Below, in pieces: positions 43,250 through 46,832 of a DNA stretch of 46,832 nt. The notes under the pieces are model-generated. The model saw only the letters and a list, made by a program, of their open reading frames with translations. It did no database searches and had not been told where the DNA came from. Within the stretch, counting starts at the first letter, position 1; every line of letters begins with the position of its first letter. Source of the stretch: Candidatus Staskawiczbacteria bacterium (GTDB lineage: Bacteria > Patescibacteriota > Minisyncoccia > Minisyncoccales > Staskawiczbacteraceae); the NCBI GenBank assembly GCA_903928565.1, contig CAIYRH010000009.1, positions 1 through 46,832 of the forward strand. Direction: 5' to 3'. The position numbers and the translations under genes are program-made.

Positions 43250-46200
43250 CTCTTTCTCTTTTATTCTTGGAATGAATCCTGTTCCCACCGGAATAAGTTT
43301 TCCGATAATTACGTTTTCTTTTAATCCACGCAATTTATCTTCTTTTCCTTCAAGCGAAGCTTTAATTAAAACTCTTGAAGTTTGCTGGAAAGAAGCAGCT
43401 GACAAGAACGATTCCGAATTTAAAGCAACTTCGGAAATTCCAAGCAACATTTGCACCCCAATTGGAGGAGTCTTTTTTGCAGCTTTTAGCATGTCCACTT
43501 CTTCATTGAAAATTTCTCTTTCAATCACCTCGCCTCTTATCCATTGCGAATCGCCCTCTTCTTTAACTCTTATTCTAGAGAACATTTTTTGAATAATTAT
43601 CTCAACGTGTTTATCGTTAATATCCACTCCCTGAGAGGAATAAATTTTTTGAACTTCTTGTAAAATATATCTTTGAGTTGCTTCAACTCCAGCAGATTTG
43701 TAAAGTTTCTTTAAGTCCAAACTTCCATCGCAAAGAGGTTGATTTTCTTTAACCTCTTGCCCCTTCTCAACCAAAATTGCAATTCTTCCAGGAATTTTAT
43801 ATTCCATTATGTCTTTTTTGGCACCTGTTTTCTTAGCAGACTGAATTTTAACAATTCTGCTTTCTTCGTTAACTTCAATAACTTTTCCTTCCACTAAAGA
43901 CATTATAGCCTCTCCTTTTGGAGCACGGCATTCAAAAATTTCTTCAATTCTTGGCAAACCACTAGTAATATCTCCTGCTCCCACAATACCTCCCAAGTGG
44001 TGCGTTCTAAGTGTTAACTGAGTACCAGGTTCTCCAATGGCCTGAGCGGCAACAATTCCCACCGCTTCGCCGGCTTTAACCGTGGTGTTTCTTCCCATAT
44101 CCCAGCCATAACATTTCTGGCAACATTTTTGCGAAGATTTACAAGTTAATGGTGAAGCAACAACAACGCGTTCAATTCCCTTTTCTTCTGCAATTGCCTT
44201 GGCTGCCTGCCAATTAATAACTTCATTTTTCTTAACAAAAGTCATTTTAGCGTGCTCAACTGTTTCAAGGGCGGTTCGGCCAACTATTTTGAAAACAAAA
44301 TCTTGCTCAATGGCGTCGGCGTCTTTTCTGTAAATGGTTAAACCAGTTTTGTCTCCGCAATCTGCTTCTGCAATAATTACATCATGAGCCACGTCAACCA
44401 ATCTTCTAGTTAAATATCCCGCCGATGATGTTCTTAATGCGGAGTCTGCTGTACCCTTTCTGGCTCCGTGAGTTGAAATAAAGTATTCCAAAACATTAAA
44501 ACCTTCTGTAAAAGATGATTTAACCGGAAGCTCAATAATGTCTCCTGAAGGGTTGTTCACCAAACCCTTCATACCGGCCATTTGAACTGGTTGCGCCCAA
44601 GTAGCTCTAGCTCCAGCGGTAATAATAGACATAACTGGGCCATCTTTTGGCAAAGTTGTTTTTAATAAAGCCTCTAATTTTGATTTGACTGTTTGCCAAA
44701 TCAAAATTTTCTGCGAAGTTTTTTCGTCGGCAGACAAAAGACCTTTTTCAAAATGAGTATCAATTTTTCTAATTTCTCCCTCGGCTGCATCAACTAAACC
44801 TTTCTTTTCTTTTGGAACAATTAAGTCATCCATGCCCCAGCTAACTCCAGACAAAGTGCAGTATTCAAAGCCCAACATTTTAATTTTATCAATAATAACA
44901 ACGGCATCTTCGTTGGGATATTTTTCAATAATTTCTCTAACAATTCCTTTTAATACTTTGTTGTCTATTAATTTATTTATGTATGGGTAGTCGTCGGGCA
45001 AAACTGCATTTAAAATTAATCTTCCAACAGTTGTTTCAAGTAATTCGTGCTTTCCTTCTGGGTGTTTTGGATGAGGAACCATAATCACATCATTTTGGCC
45101 CAAAAATTTATACTCAAAAGCCGTTGTTGCTTCAGAAGAGCTTGAATACACCTTTATGCTTTTTGGATCTGTTCGGTCTTGCGTGTTGCTTAATTTTGTT
45201 AAATAATAGCAACCCAAAGCAATATCTCTAAACGGCCCCATAATTGGCATACCGGTTGCTGGCCTTAATAAGTTTAGGGTTGAAAGCATAATTTCTCGGG
45301 CTTCCTTTTGAGCTTCGTCAGACAATGGCAAATAAACAGCCATTTGGTCACCGTCGAAGTCAGCGTTAAAAGCTTCACAAACCAATGGGTGCAATTTAAT
45401 TGTTTCTCCTTCAGTTAAAATGGGCCTGAAAGCTTGAATACCAAGCCTGTGCAAAGTTGGAGCTCTGTTTAACAATACCAACTTATCTTTAATTATTTCT
45501 TCCAAAATTGCCCAAACTTCGGGAGTTTTTTCTTCAACCAAACGGGCTGCTCCCCTAATGTTGTAAGCTAGTTCTTTATCTAAAATTCTTTTAATTACAA
45601 ACGGTTTAAAAATTTCCAAAGCCAAGGTTTTTGGCAAACCGCATTGCGAAAACTTTAGTTCGGGCACTACTGAAATAACAGATCTTCCAGAATAATCAAC
45701 ACGTTTTCCCAAAAGGTTTTGCCTAAACCTTCCTTGCTTTCCTGCCAACATTGCGGCCAAAGATTTTAATAATCTTTTTCCTCCGGTTGTGGCGGTTGTT
45801 GTAACGCCCTTTCTCATTTCGTTGTCTATTAAGGCGTCAACAGCTTCCTGTAACATTCTTTTTTCATTACGCACAATAACCGGCGGAGCTTTTATTTCCT
45901 GCAAATACTTTAACCTGTTATTTCTGTTTATAACTCTTCTATATAAATCGTTTAAATCAGACGAAGCATAACGGCCACCGTCTAATTGTACCATTGGCCT
46001 TAAGTCTGGTGGTAAAACCGGCAAAACATCCATAAACATCCATTCTGGTCTTACACCGGCTCGCAACATTCCTTGAAAAAGTTTTAACCTTCGCAAAACT
46101 TTTTTCTTCATTGCTGGAGGTGCTTCTTGTGCCTCTAATTTAATTTTTTCTGTTTCTTTTTCTAAATCAATGTGTGAAAATATTTCTTTTACAACTTCTG

Positions 46201-46832
46201 CTCCTGTTCCCGCTTCAAAAACTTCACCGTATTTCATTGAAATTGTATGGTAAACAACCTCAGACAAAATTCTTAATGGCTTTATGTCTAATAATTCTTC
46301 TTTAGCTTTTTCTCTGGCTTGTTTTAATTCTGTTTTAGCGGCTTCAGTTTTTTCTTTCTTAACTTTTGTTTTATATTCTTGCTCAATAGCTTCCATTATT
46401 GCGTCACGAGCGGCTTCGTTAACTTTTGTTACAATGTAGGAAGAAAAATAAATAACCTTTTCTAGTTGTTGCGAGCTTTTGTCTAAAACCAAACCCATTC
46501 TAGAGGGCACGCCTCTTAAAAACCAAATATGCGAAACCGGAGTGTACAACTTAATGTGTCCCATTCTTTCTCGCCTTACAGAAGATTTTGTAACTTCAAC
46601 GCCACATCTGTCGCAGACTACTCCTTTGTACCTAATTCTTTTGTATTTTCCGCAGGCACATTCGTAATCTTTTTCTGGGCCAAAAATTCTTTCATCAAAA
46701 AGGCCGTCCTTTTCGGGCTTTTGTGTGCGGTAGTTAATTGTTTCGGGCTTAATTACTTCACCATGAGACCAGGACATTATATCCTCGGGCGAAGCAATTT
46801 TGATTCTTATTGATTCTAAGTCTAATACTCGC
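43247..46832 (-). CDS. rpoC: RNA polymerase beta-prime subunit; frame is open to the window edge (5' partial)
   Basis: NADFDGD, LLGKRVDYSGRS, NRAPTLHR. The upstream frame reads RVLDLESIRIKIASPEDIMSWS, so the true start lies just beyond 46832. Confidence 0.98.
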   Translation of the reverse strand, partial: RVLDLESIRIKIASPEDIMSWSHGEVIKPETINYRTQKPEKDGLFDERIFGPEKDYECACGKYKRIRYKGVVCDRCGVEVTKSSVRRERMGHIKLYTPVSHIWFLRGVPSRMGLVLDKSSQQLEKVIYFSSYIVTKVNEAARDAIMEAIEQEYKTKVKKEKTEAAKTELKQAREKAKEELLDIKPLRILSEVVYHTISMKYGEVFEAGTGAEVVKEIFSHIDLEKETEKIKLEAQEAPPAMKKKVLRRLKLFQGMLRAGVRPEWMFMDVLPVLPPDLRPMVQLDGGRYASSDLNDLYRRVINRNNRLKYLQEIKAPPVIVRNEKRMLQEAVDALIDNEMRKGVTTTATTGGKRLLKSLAAMLAGKQGRFRQNLLGKRVDYSGRSVISVVPELKFSQCGLPKTLALEIFKPFVIKRILDKELAYNIRGAARLVEEKTPEVWAILEEIIKDKLVLLNRAPTLHRLGIQAFRPILTEGETIKLHPLVCEAFNADFDGDQMAVYLPLSDEAQKEAREIMLSTLNLLRPATGMPIMGPFRDIALGCYYLTKLSNTQDRTDPKSIKVYSSSSEATTAFEYKFLGQNDVIMVPHPKHPEGKHELLETTVGRLILNAVLPDDYPYINKLIDNKVLKGIVREIIEKYPNEDAVVIIDKIKMLGFEYCTLSGVSWGMDDLIVPKEKKGLVDAAEGEIRKIDTHFEKGLLSADEKTSQKILIWQTVKSKLEALLKTTLPKDGPVMSIITAGARATWAQPVQMAGMKGLVNNPSGDIIELPVKSSFTEGFNVLEYFISTHGARKGTADSALRTSSAGYLTRRLVDVAHDVIIAEADCGDKTGLTIYRKDADAIEQDFVFKIVGRTALETVEHAKMTFVKKNEVINWQAAKAIAEEKGIERVVVASPLTCKSSQKCCQKCYGWDMGRNTTVKAGEAVGIVAAQAIGEPGTQLTLRTHHLGGIVGAGDITSGLPRIEEIFECRAPKGEAIMSLVEGKVIEVNEESRIVKIQSAKKTGAKKDIMEYKIPGRIAILVEKGQEVKENQPLCDGSLDLKKLYKSAGVEATQRYILQEVQKIYSSQGVDINDKHVEIIIQKMFSRIRVKEEGDSQWIRGEVIEREIFNEEVDMLKAAKKTPPIGVQMLLGISEVALNSESFLSAASFQQTSRVLIKASLEGKEDKLRGLKENVIIGKLIPVGTGFIPRIKEKE

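Noticed and set aside
43134-43592. ORF 43134..43592 (+) and 42998..43216 (-)
   Set aside because: These are antisense to rpoC or run through the heptamer array, terminator and promoter, with no protein-like features.

Overview
This is a low-GC bacterial chromosome segment in standard genetic code 11 (TGA is used as a stop). Gene content and style suggest Patescibacteria/CPR, Parcubacteria-like: compact genes, mostly no Shine-Dalgarno, short UvrC and ObgE, PGI/PMI, and pilin-like and Cys-rich exported proteins. That assignment is inference. The backbone is housekeeping: typA, uppP, trxA plus an FTR-like subunit, obgE, rpoD, dnaG, htpX/lemA, groES/groEL, uvrA, uvrC, secG, a family-5 SBP, pgi/pmi, rnj, trpS, a phosphomannomutase, rpsF-ssb-rpsR, recA, ftsK and rpoC (runs off the right edge), plus tRNA-Ser(GGA) and tRNA-Leu(CAG). 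Two layers are not explained by the gene list. (1) Six self-contained ORFan islets each have their own sigma70 promoter, leader and intrinsic terminator, and most sit just behind a housekeeping gene. One is a tandem triplet whose promoters and terminators are nearly identical while the three membrane-anchored paralogs are only about 30% identical. (2) There is a dense set of short repeats: 20-nt imperfect hairpins, perfect palindromes, heptamer arrays and long nested hairpins. They sit in-frame inside UvrC, UvrA and DnaG, start at stop codons, or abut -35 boxes, and one has an apparent 3-bp target-site duplication. I found no integrase, transposase, reverse transcriptase or CRISPR array. A small GIY-YIG nuclease gene follows tRNA-Ser. 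All alignments, counts and identities are by hand and approximate.
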